A DNA stretch of 64,000 nucleotides from an uncultured Thermococci archaeon. Lineage in GTDB: Archaea > Methanobacteriota_B > Thermococci > Methanofastidiosales > B48-G16. This document shows positions 1-9,320 of the stretch, piece after piece. The stretch spans positions 160,001 to 224,000 of the forward strand of contig CAZQQT010000001.1 in assembly GCA_964595645.1 (NCBI GenBank). The letters are read 5' to 3'. The notes under the pieces are model-generated. The model searched no databases. It saw nothing but the letters and a program-made list of their open reading frames with translations, and was not told the origin of the DNA. The translations under genes were made by a program, and so were the position numbers. Numbering within the stretch: position 1 is the first letter of the stretch; each line of letters opens with the position of its first letter.

Positions 1-660
1 TTTGGGTTCTACGCCGATGAAAATGAAGAGCTCATGCCCCTCGCGCAACGATACTTCGGTGAAATCATGATGCCCTTCCGTACAATGGGTAAAAAAGCTC
101 TTGAAAAGATAGATAAGTTAGAGATCGAGATGATAGCACCGAGTCACGGCCCCATCCATAAAAATCCTCAACAAATTCTCGAAAGATACCGAGCATGGAC
201 AGCCGGTGAAACAAAGGAAAAGGTCACGGTGGTGTATGTCAGTATGTGGAACTCCACCCACACAATGGTAGACTCCATTGTCGAACAGCTGTTATCTGAA
301 GGCATCGATGTCCGAGTTTACGATTTATCTGGTGCAGATATCGGGGATATTGCGAAGGATCTTGTCGATTCTCGGGCACTTGTACTCGGAACCCCCACAG
401 TGTTAGGCGGAATGCACCCCCTTGCGATTTACGCTTCTTATCTAGTGAAAGCGCTGCGTCCACCAGTAGAGTATGCTGTGGTTCTCAGTTCCTACGGATG
501 GGCTGGAGGAGCTTTACAGCAGATACAGGATATCCTCGGCTCAACGAAAATGGAAGTCGTGGACGCACTGACAATAGAAGGTTCTCCATCCGATAACGAT
601 CGTCAAAAGATACGAGAAATAGGGAAAAAACTCTCGCAGAAAATCAAAAGAGGGAAGTAG
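1..660 (+). CDS. fprA: Flavodiiron protein (FprA family), C-terminal part; runs off the left edge
   Basis: IAPSHGP motif then flavodoxin domain (VYVSMWNST, SSYGWAGG); frame open from position 1. Confidence 0.9.
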   Translation, partial: FGFYADENEELMPLAQRYFGEIMMPFRTMGKKALEKIDKLEIEMIAPSHGPIHKNPQQILERYRAWTAGETKEKVTVVYVSMWNSTHTMVDSIVEQLLSEGIDVRVYDLSGADIGDIAKDLVDSRALVLGTPTVLGGMHPLAIYASYLVKALRPPVEYAVVLSSYGWAGGALQQIQDILGSTKMEVVDALTIEGSPSDNDRQKIREIGKKLSQKIKRGK

Positions 661-661
661 C

Positions 662-850
662 ATGAAAAAACCGGTGGTAGATAAAGATACCTGTATTGGG
701 TGTGGCATGTGCACGAGTATCTGTCCAGATGTGTTCGAGCTGCACGATGGGAAGTCCCATGTAGTGAATCCCAATGGATGCGACGCGTGCGACTGTCAGG
801 ATGCCATTGACAGCTGTCCTGTGGATGCGATCTCGTGGGAGAAGAGGTGA
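662..850 (+). CDS. Ferredoxin (mono-cluster type)
   Basis: CIGCGMC...CPVDAI, 62 aa. Confidence 0.9.
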   Translation: MKKPVVDKDTCIGCGMCTSICPDVFELHDGKSHVVNPNGCDACDCQDAIDSCPVDAISWEKR

Positions 851-855
851 TTAGT

Positions 856-2031
856 ATGGGTGGAAAAGATAAAAAAAATATGATAAAAGAAGTGATAAAA
901 AAGTTGCACGATGGAGCAGATCCCCAAGAAATGAAGGAGCAGTATGGAGAGGTTCTCAAAGAGATGACTCCCTCTGAAATATCAACGATAGAAGAGGAGC
1001 TCATTGAAGAAGGCATGGAACCAGAAGAGATTCGTCGTCTCTGTGATGTGCATCTCGCCATGTTCAAGGATTCGTTGGAAAAAGAGGAAGCGCTTGCACC
1101 CGAGGGACATCCTATCCATATCCTCATGGAGGAACACAAACTTATCCTCGAACATGCACACACATTACGGGATACAGCACAGCAGCTTACCGATACGGAA
1201 GAAGCCATCGAGGAACTTACACATCTCGTAGAGCATCTGGAGGAGTCGGAGGATCACTACCTGCGGGAAGAGAATGTGTTGTTTCCTTATCTAGAAAAAC
1301 ATGGCGTGACCCAGCCTCCAGCAATTATGTGGACAGAACACGACAAGTTGCGAAACATTAAAAAGGGAGTTCGCAACCTCGTCGATAGATACGGTGAAAT
1401 GGATTTTCAGACGTTTTTACAGCGATTAGAAGAGTTAGCACTGTCTCTTGCTGATGCACTCTCAGATCATATCTATAAGGAGAATAACATTCTTTACCCC
1501 ACTGCACTGGATGTCATAGGAGATGATGAATGGAAAGAAATACGGAATGATTTCGATAAAATCGGATACTGCTGTTATACTCCTACGCCTGTAGAAAAAG
1601 AGAAAAAAGAAACGGTAACTGTATCAGAAAAAGGTATTTCCTTTGAGACAGGATCATTGTCCAAAAAAGAGTTAAAAGCAATGCTCAATTCACTTCCTGT
1701 AGACATTACCTTTGTGGACAACGAGGATACAGTACGGTACTTTAATGATACAGAGGACAGAATTTTTGTGAGGACAAAGGCAGTTATTGGACGAAAGGTC
1801 CAGCAGTGTCATCCGCAGAGGAGTGTGCATAAGGTTAATGAAATACTCGAGGACTTTAGAAAGGGCACACGAGATAAAGCATCTTTCTGGATTACTATGA
1901 ATGAAAGGCTTGTATACATCCGATACTTTGCCGTGCGCGATCGAAATGGAACGTACCTGGGCACATTAGAGGTCACACAGGATATCACTGAGATACAAAA
2001 ACTGGAAGGAGAGAAGCGATTACTCGATTAG
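856..2031 (+). CDS. DUF438 / hemerythrin / PAS domain protein
   Basis: EIRRLCDVH, GHPIHILMEEH, HYLREENVLFPYLE, HIYKENNILYP; C-terminal PAS (PVDITFVD, VQQCHP); GGTGA SD before ATG 856. Confidence 0.85.
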   Translation: MGGKDKKNMIKEVIKKLHDGADPQEMKEQYGEVLKEMTPSEISTIEEELIEEGMEPEEIRRLCDVHLAMFKDSLEKEEALAPEGHPIHILMEEHKLILEHAHTLRDTAQQLTDTEEAIEELTHLVEHLEESEDHYLREENVLFPYLEKHGVTQPPAIMWTEHDKLRNIKKGVRNLVDRYGEMDFQTFLQRLEELALSLADALSDHIYKENNILYPTALDVIGDDEWKEIRNDFDKIGYCCYTPTPVEKEKKETVTVSEKGISFETGSLSKKELKAMLNSLPVDITFVDNEDTVRYFNDTEDRIFVRTKAVIGRKVQQCHPQRSVHKVNEILEDFRKGTRDKASFWITMNERLVYIRYFAVRDRNGTYLGTLEVTQDITEIQKLEGEKRLLD

Positions 2032-2157
2032 AGTACCATCGCATAAATGATAGAGAAAGATAAATTTTTACATAGTATAAAAAATAGAATATATTTTTTT
2101 TCATGCGCAAACTATAAATATGTGGACTATACACATATAGCAGAAAAGGGATATTGA

Positions 2158-2403
2158 ATGGTCGTTGCATTTATTCAGGTGGTCGTAAGACCGGGAAGCG
2201 AAGAGAGAGTTAAAGGAAAAGTGAGAACGCTCTCCTATATGTCATGCAAGGTGGAAGAAGCGTATATGACCTATGGGAGTTTTGATATCGTGGTGAAAAT
2301 TCGTGCAGATTCAGCATCAGATATCCACAATTTTGTATTAAAACTGAGGGAGATTGATGGAATCAAAAAGACAGAGACGTCTCTGGTCCTTGGGCCAACG
2401 TGA
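2158..2403 (+). CDS. Stand-alone Lrp/AsnC ligand-binding (RAM) domain protein
   Basis: TYGSFDIVVKI, IDGIKKTET pattern; no HTH. Confidence 0.8.
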   Translation: MVVAFIQVVVRPGSEERVKGKVRTLSYMSCKVEEAYMTYGSFDIVVKIRADSASDIHNFVLKLREIDGIKKTETSLVLGPT

Positions 2404-2414
2404 ACGTATAGTAG

Positions 2415-3395
2415 ATGGAGATGGGCAGCATGTCGGAAGATACATACCATAGTGAAGTGGGTATTATTGGCGGAGGCGTAGCCGGTCTTGGAGCTGGTAT
2501 CACTGCGTCCTACAGAGGTTTATCGAATACAGTTTTTGAAGGAGGAGCGTTAGGAGGGATTGTATCTACACTGTACCCACATAAGGTCGTTGAGAACTAT
2601 CCCGGCACACCGAGTATTCTGGGCCGACGGCTCATCGATGAGTTCGTGATACAGGCGAGAGAAGAACAGGTAGAAATCCGCCAGGAACGGGTGATCAATG
2701 TACGTCCAGACAAAACAATCGTTACAAACGAAGGTACGTACAAATTTAAAACGATAATTATTGCCACAGGCTCACAGCCGGCGGAACTGGGCATTCCTGG
2801 AGAGAGAAAATTCAAGCGAAACGATAAAGGAGTTTACCACTTCGTGACAGATCCGAAGAAGTTCAAAAGAAAACAGGTACTTGTAGTTGGAGGTGGAGAT
2901 ACTGCTCTCGACGCAGTTCTTGAGCTTCATGGTACTGCAGAGAAGGTATACATCGTTCATAGACGGGATAGATTTAGAGGCGCAGAGAGCAAAGTGAAAG
3001 AGATCCGTAAAAAGGATATGGCCGAACTTGTGATGGACAGCGAACTCGTTCGGTTGGAAGGAGACAAAGAGCTGGAGAGAGCCGTGATAAAAAACAAAAA
3101 GACACAGTTGGAAGAGGAAGTGGAGATTGATAGATGTATACTTGCAGTGGGAATGAAAACCAACCTGGAGATTTTTTCCGATCTAGGTCTTCAGATAGAG
3201 GGAAAGTACATTAAAGTTGATAGAAAGATGCGAACCAACGTGGAGGGATTTTTTGCCGTGGGAGATGTCGTCTCACGGTACCAATTGATTGTGATTGCTG
3301 TGGCGCAGGGCGCGATTGCCGCTCACCATGCATACGAGATGATACGGAATCCCTACTGGGCAGAAGAAGAGCCTTGGCCTACTGAAATAGAGTGA
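2415..3395 (+). CDS. Thioredoxin-reductase-fold oxidoreductase, probably TrxR-type ferredoxin-NADP+ reductase
   Basis: GGGVAG, ATG, GGGDTA, HRRDRFR, GD motifs; lacks CxxC (GVYHFVTD instead). Confidence 0.75.
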   Translation: MEMGSMSEDTYHSEVGIIGGGVAGLGAGITASYRGLSNTVFEGGALGGIVSTLYPHKVVENYPGTPSILGRRLIDEFVIQAREEQVEIRQERVINVRPDKTIVTNEGTYKFKTIIIATGSQPAELGIPGERKFKRNDKGVYHFVTDPKKFKRKQVLVVGGGDTALDAVLELHGTAEKVYIVHRRDRFRGAESKVKEIRKKDMAELVMDSELVRLEGDKELERAVIKNKKTQLEEEVEIDRCILAVGMKTNLEIFSDLGLQIEGKYIKVDRKMRTNVEGFFAVGDVVSRYQLIVIAVAQGAIAAHHAYEMIRNPYWAEEEPWPTEIE

Positions 3396-3396
3396 T

Positions 3397-3669
3397 TTAT
3401 CCGCCACCGATAGGCGAGAAGATCGAAACAACGTCTTCTTCCTCGAGTGTAGTGTTTATTCCATCAAGGAACGAGATGCTCCTACCGTTCACGATTATTA
3501 ACACATTCTTCAGTGCCAGTGGGTCTTGGTTTTTCACCAGAAGATCCTCCATTTTTTCATATTTTTCAGTAAGGATTTTTACGAGTTCTTTCACATTTTT
3601 TGCGTCAATATTCAGCTCTTTTTGACCTACAGGTTCACGAAAAACACCAAACAAACGAACGGTGACCAT
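3397..3669 (-). CDS. MoaD/ThiS/SAMP ubiquitin-like protein
   Basis: VRLFG start, IVNGR, C-terminal GG. Confidence 0.9.
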   Translation of the reverse strand: MVTVRLFGVFREPVGQKELNIDAKNVKELVKILTEKYEKMEDLLVKNQDPLALKNVLIIVNGRSISFLDGINTTLEEEDVVSIFSPIGGG

Positions 3670-3674
3670 TGTTC

Positions 3675-4406
3675 TCATCCTCCGCAGCTCGGACATTGTA
3701 GATTTCTCTCCACATCGATCAAGGTATACTGGAGATCCTTCCCACTGTAGAGTAGTAATTTGTTCGTGAGGATCGGCGATATTCCTGTGAAGAACTTGAT
3801 CACCTCAGTTGCTTGGATCGTACCGATTGTGCCTGGTGTAGTGCCGAGTACGGGTACTTTTTTCTCAGGGGGACTTGTGGGCATAATGCATCTGAGACAC
3901 GGCGTTTCTTGGGGGATGATGGTGGTTGCTCTTCCCTCAAATCCTTCACAGGCACCATGGAAAAAGGGGATATTCATCTCGACTGCCGCGTCGTTCAGTA
4001 TGAATCTTGTCCTAAAATTATCCATACAGTCGACAATAGCGTCCGTATTCTCCACCAGCCCCATTACCGTTTCTTCAGTGATTTTTCTCTCTTCTCCCCG
4101 GATTTCAATATCTGAGTTTAGTTCTTGGAGTTTTTTTACCGCTGTTTTTGCCTTACCTTTTCCTACGTCACGTTCACCATAGAGAATCTGTCTATTCAGG
4201 TTAGAGAGATCTACGCGTTCGTGATCGATGAGCGTGATATGTCCGATACCTGCAGCAGCAAGGTATATGCTCACCGCAGAACCGAGACCTCCGGCTCCCG
4301 CAATCACAATTCGAGCGTCGTGTAATTTTTTCTGTCCTTTTTTTCCAATCTCCTCAATTGTTATCTGCCTGTCATACCGTTCCGTATCACGATCTGAGAG
4401 TATCAT
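3675..4406 (-). CDS. ThiF/MoeB/UbaA E1-like adenylyltransferase
   Basis: RYDRQI, GAGGLG, SNLNRQ, CxxC pairs. Confidence 0.9.
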   Translation of the reverse strand: MILSDRDTERYDRQITIEEIGKKGQKKLHDARIVIAGAGGLGSAVSIYLAAAGIGHITLIDHERVDLSNLNRQILYGERDVGKGKAKTAVKKLQELNSDIEIRGEERKITEETVMGLVENTDAIVDCMDNFRTRFILNDAAVEMNIPFFHGACEGFEGRATTIIPQETPCLRCIMPTSPPEKKVPVLGTTPGTIGTIQATEVIKFFTGISPILTNKLLLYSGKDLQYTLIDVERNLQCPSCGG

Positions 4407-4414
4407 GGGAATCC

Positions 4415-4807
4415 CTACTGTGTTATGATTTTGTAGTCCCATTCTACTTCAACACCACTTTTCTTCATCTGTGCCAATGCGGAGCAGTACGTGTCTTGAC
4501 TCAGCATGATTGCCCGTTTCACTTTCCGTTCGTTGAGATTTCCTTTTATTTTATAGTAGAGTCTGATCGTTGTGAAGTATTTCGGATGTTCATCTCGTCG
4601 TTCTCCTTCAATTTCTACTTTCAGTCCCTCTACTGGCTCTCTGAACTTTTTTAAGGTATATATCACATCAAAGGAGGTGCATCCCGCTACCGAGAGGAGC
4701 ATCATCTGCATCGGAGAAACACGGGTTTCCTTCCCCATTTCCACGGCAATACCGTCGATTTTTCCGGTGAATTCCATTTCTTCCTTCCATTCTACTGTTC
4801 CCTTCAT
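4415..4807 (-). CDS. OsmC family protein
   Basis: SPMQMMLLSVAGC and YCSA cysteines. Confidence 0.85.
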   Translation of the reverse strand: MKGTVEWKEEMEFTGKIDGIAVEMGKETRVSPMQMMLLSVAGCTSFDVIYTLKKFREPVEGLKVEIEGERRDEHPKYFTTIRLYYKIKGNLNERKVKRAIMLSQDTYCSALAQMKKSGVEVEWDYKIITQ

Positions 4808-4882
4808 AGTACTATTTTCCTGAGAGGTGTTAAAAAAGTATCGATGGAAAAAATATTTATTCTTGTGAGAGGATAGAAATTC

Positions 4883-5350
4883 ATGAGCAGAGGAAAGTTA
4901 GAAGGTGAACAACAATACCTTTCTTGTTGCGGCAAATACTATTGTGCCTTCTGTGACTACCATACAGGAAATATGGTGAAGACAGCAGAGGATCTTCTCT
5001 CATACGTGGAAAACCACAACTCACTTCCGCTGATAGCTGCCGGAACGGATACAAATTTCGATGCCTTCGTAAAAGGATTACAATGGCTCGCCTTGCACAA
5101 GGAGCCGTGCAAAGGATGCCGCTTTGGCGGGGGCTGGTCATGGAACCCTGACTGTGAGATACGGATCTGCACCATGGAAAAAGGAGTAGACTTCTGTTAT
5201 CAGTGTGAGGAGTTCCCGTGCAAAACATTACAGACAGAACCTTTTTTCGAACGTAAAAAAGGAATAATTGATGCAAACACACAAATTAAGGCTATAGGGA
5301 TCAAAAAGTACATGCAGACACTGAAGAAAAAATATACAAAGGTGAAATAA
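4883..5350 (+). CDS. Cys-rich DUF3795-like protein
   Basis: CGxYCxxC, CKGCR, CEIRIC, FCYQCEEFPC. Confidence 0.75.
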   Translation: MSRGKLEGEQQYLSCCGKYYCAFCDYHTGNMVKTAEDLLSYVENHNSLPLIAAGTDTNFDAFVKGLQWLALHKEPCKGCRFGGGWSWNPDCEIRICTMEKGVDFCYQCEEFPCKTLQTEPFFERKKGIIDANTQIKAIGIKKYMQTLKKKYTKVK

Positions 5351-5604
5351 TCAGGATTGGAATCCATCTCATCCTCACACCAGATAAGCTTTCTGAGGGG
5401 GTAAAACTTCGGAAAGAGAGAAAAATAACATCTCCAGAAGGTGTGAAAATCATTGAAGAGTACGTGTGGGATCTGAAGTTTCTTGTGATACTCGTTGAAG
5501 CTGAGGAAGTGAGGAATGTACTGGTATTTGTCCAAGAGTTCGCTGAATACGCTACAGATGTAGAGACAGGTGTGGTCACAAAACTGAAGGATCTCACAAG
5601 GTAG
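5350..5604 (+). CDS. 84-aa ORF absent from the ORF track (GYD/DUF3303-like), ATC start or start-lost pseudogene
   Basis: Open frame (M)RIGIHLILTPDKLSEGVKLRKERKITSPEGVKIIEEYVWDLKFLVILVEAEEVRNVLVFVQEFAEYATDVETGVVTKLKDLTR*; GGTGA SD; TAATC overlap with upstream stop. Confidence 0.6.
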   Translation: MRIGIHLILTPDKLSEGVKLRKERKITSPEGVKIIEEYVWDLKFLVILVEAEEVRNVLVFVQEFAEYATDVETGVVTKLKDLTR

Positions 5605-5668
5605 TTCAAGAACAATACTTTCCCATTTTCTTTACCTTCAGGGTTAAGAAGTAGTCAAGTATAGCGCG

Positions 5669-6247
5669 TCACTTTTCATCTATCATCTTCTTGCACATAT
5701 CAATAGCTGCGTATCGAAACTCGCCCAGTGTAACCACTGGCTTGACTTTTTTGTATCGATCCTCAATAGATGCATTGAAAACATCCTCATCGATACCGAC
5801 CTTCACTACCCGTCCGAAAATGATAATTTCATCGTCGTAGGTTGTGGTATACTCTTCGATACACTCGAGATGGATCGGACACTCTTTAATGCGTGGCGAC
5901 GTGACGACGGATGAAGATACTGCTGTCAGTCCTGCCTTCTCCAGCTCATTCACTTCAGGAGGATACTCCTTTGCTGTCTCCATTGCTTGCGCGATGATAT
6001 CCTCTCCTGCAATATTCACCACAAACTCATGCGTTTCGAGAATGTTCTGCGCTGTATGGTGGGCAAGGTTGCACCCAAAGGCAAGAATGGGCGGATCTGA
6101 GACCATATTCATGATATCCGACTTGACCGCCGCGTTCACACCACCATCTGCATCTACGGTGGTGACAATCACCATCTGTCCGAGGATCGGCAACTTGTTT
6201 CCCAATGGGCTCCGAAAACTCTCTAACTCAAGATCTATTTTTTTCAT
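5669..6247 (-). CDS. Flavin reductase family protein
   Basis: HTAQNILETHEFVVNI, SPRIKECPIHLEC. Confidence 0.85.
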   Translation of the reverse strand: MKKIDLELESFRSPLGNKLPILGQMVIVTTVDADGGVNAAVKSDIMNMVSDPPILAFGCNLAHHTAQNILETHEFVVNIAGEDIIAQAMETAKEYPPEVNELEKAGLTAVSSSVVTSPRIKECPIHLECIEEYTTTYDDEIIIFGRVVKVGIDEDVFNASIEDRYKKVKPVVTLGEFRYAAIDMCKKMIDEK

Positions 6248-6629
6248 TTACTCCTCCGCATACCTCAAAATACTTCTTCCAGTCCATTTCCGTGAGTTGT
6301 AGCACATTCCCGTCAGGGTCGGTGAAGAGGAGTATCTTCCCACCCCAGATCGCGTCTTTCGGTCCTTCAACAATCGATACGTTTTTTTGTTTCAGTCGTG
6401 TGTGCGCTTCCTCAATATCATCGACGAGAAAGTTGATACACGGCTCACCTTCTCTCGGCTTCTCGCGCTCACCCCATGTTTTAAGTCCGATCTCGATACC
6501 GCCACAATCGAATCCGACGTAGTCCTTAAACTCGTACTTCTTTTGAAGCCCAAGTACAGTCTCATAAAATGTTACCGCGCGTTTTAATTCACTCACGGTA
6601 AGCGTGACATCCCATACTCTCCGAATCAT
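6228..6629 (-). CDS. VOC/glyoxalase family protein
   Basis: FYETVLGL, FLVDDIEE, FTDPDGNVLQL. Confidence 0.9.
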   Translation of the reverse strand: MIRRVWDVTLTVSELKRAVTFYETVLGLQKKYEFKDYVGFDCGGIEIGLKTWGEREKPREGEPCINFLVDDIEEAHTRLKQKNVSIVEGPKDAIWGGKILLFTDPDGNVLQLTEMDWKKYFEVCGGVNEKNRS

Positions 6630-6661
6630 ACTACTCACCTTTTATAGGACACAACATCCCA

Positions 6662-7348
6662 TTACCTCTCTCCCTGCGCGTAGATATAAAATAGAGGATC
6701 TCCTAATGCGTACTCTCCATGTAATAGATACCGATATCCCTCCTTCTTCTCTCTGCGACTACGTTGCTCCCAGATTTCTCGTATCCGCGGCGTGAGATCT
6801 TCAACAGTGATATTGTTTAGTCCTGCCTCGCTCATCCATCGCCGAAAGTCGTCCTTTGTGGCGTTACAGAGGTATTCGAGGCCGATGGATCGAAATTCGT
6901 TCATCACAGCCTCCGGCAATTCTTCAGTCATGATCACGTCGGTGATCAGTATTTTTCCGCCCGGTTTGAGCACCCGAGCCATCTCGTTTTGGCTTATTTC
7001 TGTCGGTTTGGGAGTAGGGAAGATGATGAACTCGCTGAGCACAGCGTCAAATGTCTTATTAGGGTACGGAATCGTCTGACGTTCTGCTCTATTGAATGTG
7101 ATGGTCTCTTCCCATTCAGCGTGCTTCAAACGTTCTTTACTTTTCTTGAGGGATTTTTCATCCTATTCTAATCCCACAATTTCTCCGCTAAAATCATTTG
7201 TGCGGTTCATGAGCCAAAAGGCGACATCACCTTCACAGCTACACAGTACAAGAATGTTTTTTCCATCGAGTGGCTTCAATTCCTGATAGAACTTTTCCAA
7301 AATTACTGCACTCAATTTTTCCTTTTCCGTATCAGACCAGAGTGTCAT
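6662..7348 (-). pseudogene. Class I SAM methyltransferase interrupted by one in-frame TAG (7163-7165)
   Basis: ORFs 7163-7348 and 6662-7129 share a frame: ...IVGLE*DEKSLKKSKERL...; FDAV and RVLKPGG motifs. Confidence 0.75.
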
Positions 7349-7415
7349 ATACCTCCCCCATAATGGGCATGATATGTCTTTCCTATTTCTTTCTATTTAT
7401 ATATTCCTTTCGTTT

Positions 7416-8210
7416 TTATCGAGGAGTATAGTGCCGCTTCAACCATTTACAGAGTCCGTCGAGACCGGGAAACATGACGCGCTCGTTGATATTTGCTTGA
7501 TCCAGTTTATCCCGTACCTCCCACATGAGGGGCTTAGGAATGATTACCTTTTTGCAAAGTTCAGGGTGTTGGGCGAGGATCTCGTCGAGTAACACCGTAG
7601 GATCAGCGATCATAGAGTGCAACGCGTACTGATTCACAATACGTTCGTCCATGGACGGCGGCTCGAAGAACAGTATGAATGGGTCATCAGCAATCGAGTC
7701 GAGTTCCTGAAGTGACGTAACAATATCCGAAAGCATCTCCACGGTGAAGACGTTGGCACCTTCCTCTTGTAGTTTCTTCTTGAACTTCTTCGGAAGCATC
7801 CGATGGACTTCGACAAAGTCTACACACCACACTGCTCCATTCACTTCGTGCTCCGTAATTTCAACAGTAGCGAAATGCATCGCGGTAAAAGGAGAGTACG
7901 TCCAGTCCAGCAGTCGTGTGGGCAAACCGTGTTGCTGTGCCAGTGTCAACCATTTCCACGTGCTGTACTGCTTCGAGTCCTCAACTCTCGCGTACTTGAT
8001 AAAATTCCGCAGGAGATGGAACTCCAGTTTTGGATAGTCACCACCGAGCTGCATGAGTGACGTTTTTAGGTCCTGCCGTTTATCAGGCAATCCTCTGAAG
8101 GCATAGTTGGATCGGTACCGTTGGATGTCCTCCTGCCACGAGTTCGCGTACAGCTCCTCGATTAACTGGGGCCACGAGGTTACGGTGACCTCTTTCATTA
8201 CCTGACTCAT
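7416..8210 (-). CDS. FRG domain protein
   Basis: AFRG, LAQQHGLPTRLLDWTYSP, RIVNQ, MFPGLDG. Confidence 0.9.
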   Translation of the reverse strand: MSQVMKEVTVTSWPQLIEELYANSWQEDIQRYRSNYAFRGLPDKRQDLKTSLMQLGGDYPKLEFHLLRNFIKYARVEDSKQYSTWKWLTLAQQHGLPTRLLDWTYSPFTAMHFATVEITEHEVNGAVWCVDFVEVHRMLPKKFKKKLQEEGANVFTVEMLSDIVTSLQELDSIADDPFILFFEPPSMDERIVNQYALHSMIADPTVLLDEILAQHPELCKKVIIPKPLMWEVRDKLDQANINERVMFPGLDGLCKWLKRHYTPR

Positions 8211-8304
8211 ACTATATTATGGTGTATGTAACTTTAAATTAGTTGGTTTCCCGAACATTTATTAACTGTGCGTGTGTATCACGCATAATAAGGAGCGAGT
8301 CTAC

Positions 8305-8574
8305 ATGAACCTGCGAAAGAATGAAAAGAAGGAACTCAAAGAGCACGGTTACTCACAAAAACAGATTCAGGAGCTTAGGGAGACATCAATGACTTTAAAA
8401 GAGCTCAAACACGAGCTCAAGGACATCTACAACGAACCTCTTTCTCATATGGATCAGACGGATAGGATGGTCGCTCCGTGTTCCCACTGTCGGCAACATA
8501 CCGTCTTTCGGAAGATTGAGTGTGAGGCGTTCTCTGACTATTTTTGTAGTCGTTGCGGAGAAATTAAGCGGTAG
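8305..8574 (+). CDS. Hypothetical protein with C-terminal zinc ribbon
   Basis: CSHC...CSRCGE; AAGGAG SD before ATG 8305. Confidence 0.6.
   Translation: MNLRKNEKKELKEHGYSQKQIQELRETSMTLKELKHELKDIYNEPLSHMDQTDRMVAPCSHCRQHTVFRKIECEAFSDYFCSRCGEIKR
8510..8570 (+). repeat. Direct repeat copy 1 (attL-like), 61 bp, 3' end of the Zn-ribbon gene
   Basis: ggaagattgagtgtgaggcgttctctgactatttttgtagtcgttgcggagaaattaagcg; 60/61 identical to 9321-9381. Confidence 0.95.
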
Positions 8575-8578
8575 AGGA

Positions 8579-9031
8579 TCAATGGTTTTCTTCAGGATTT
8601 ATAATCTCAAAATATTTTTCGGCTACATTACACAGTTTCTTGTCAGCACATACAACTATCGGTTTAAACCTTTCAATATCATCAACAGCTGCTAGTTGCA
8701 AAGAATCAAGTGTTCTTACATTATCCTTTAAAATGAAATCGAGGCTTTTCTTAAAGTGTATTTCATTAAGTTCAATGATAATGTACCTTTTTATGACGTC
8801 TGAATAAAATTTGGACAGCACTATGTCCAATTCAGTAGATGATATTTTTCTTTCATTTTTCTTTCTTACAAAAGCAGATGTCGTTTCTATAATTGTCAGG
8901 TTAGAAATGATGATAACGCTATTTTTTCCTTTTATTATTTTATCAACAATTTTTGAGCCTTTTTCCTCATGGTATCGCTTAATAAGAGCTGAGGTATCAA
9001 AAAAGTAGAATTCTAAATTCTCAGCATTCAT
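8579..9031 (-). CDS. vapC: VapC PIN-domain toxin
   Basis: FFDTSALIKRYHEE, RTLDSLQLAA, CADKKL. Confidence 0.9.
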   Translation of the reverse strand: MNAENLEFYFFDTSALIKRYHEEKGSKIVDKIIKGKNSVIIISNLTIIETTSAFVRKKNERKISSTELDIVLSKFYSDVIKRYIIIELNEIHFKKSLDFILKDNVRTLDSLQLAAVDDIERFKPIVVCADKKLCNVAEKYFEIINPEENH

Positions 9032-9234
9032 GTTCTTTTATTCCTTTCTTTCACGATTTCTTCTGCCATTTCTGTATCTATTTTTGAGAGTATTTTCCTT
9101 ACTTTCTCTATATCTTCATCCTTTGCCATTTTTTTTATGTATTCTAACAGAGGACTCTCCTTTGGTTTTTTCAGTAAAGTTTCTATTTCTTCTCTCGACA
9201 CAGTGTATTTTTTGTGTTTTTTAGTGAGGTCCAT
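9028..9234 (-). CDS. Putative antitoxin (VapB-like)
   Basis: 68 aa, ATGA overlap with toxin, C-terminal VRKILSKI...EEIVKER; GGTGA SD. Confidence 0.7.
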   Translation of the reverse strand: MDLTKKHKKYTVSREEIETLLKKPKESPLLEYIKKMAKDEDIEKVRKILSKIDTEMAEEIVKERNKRT

Positions 9235-9258
9235 TTTTTTCACCGCTTCATATCTTTT

Positions 9259-9287
9259 ACACACAAATGTTTTTTAATGTTGTGTGT
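9259..9287 (-). promoter_or_regulatory. TA promoter with inverted repeat ACACACAA-N13-TTGTGTGT straddling a TATA-like element
   Basis: Perfect 8-bp arms about 25-53 bp upstream of the antitoxin ATG. Confidence 0.55.
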
Positions 9288-9320
9288 GTGGAAAAATTGC
9301 TCTGAGAAAAAAAATATCTA

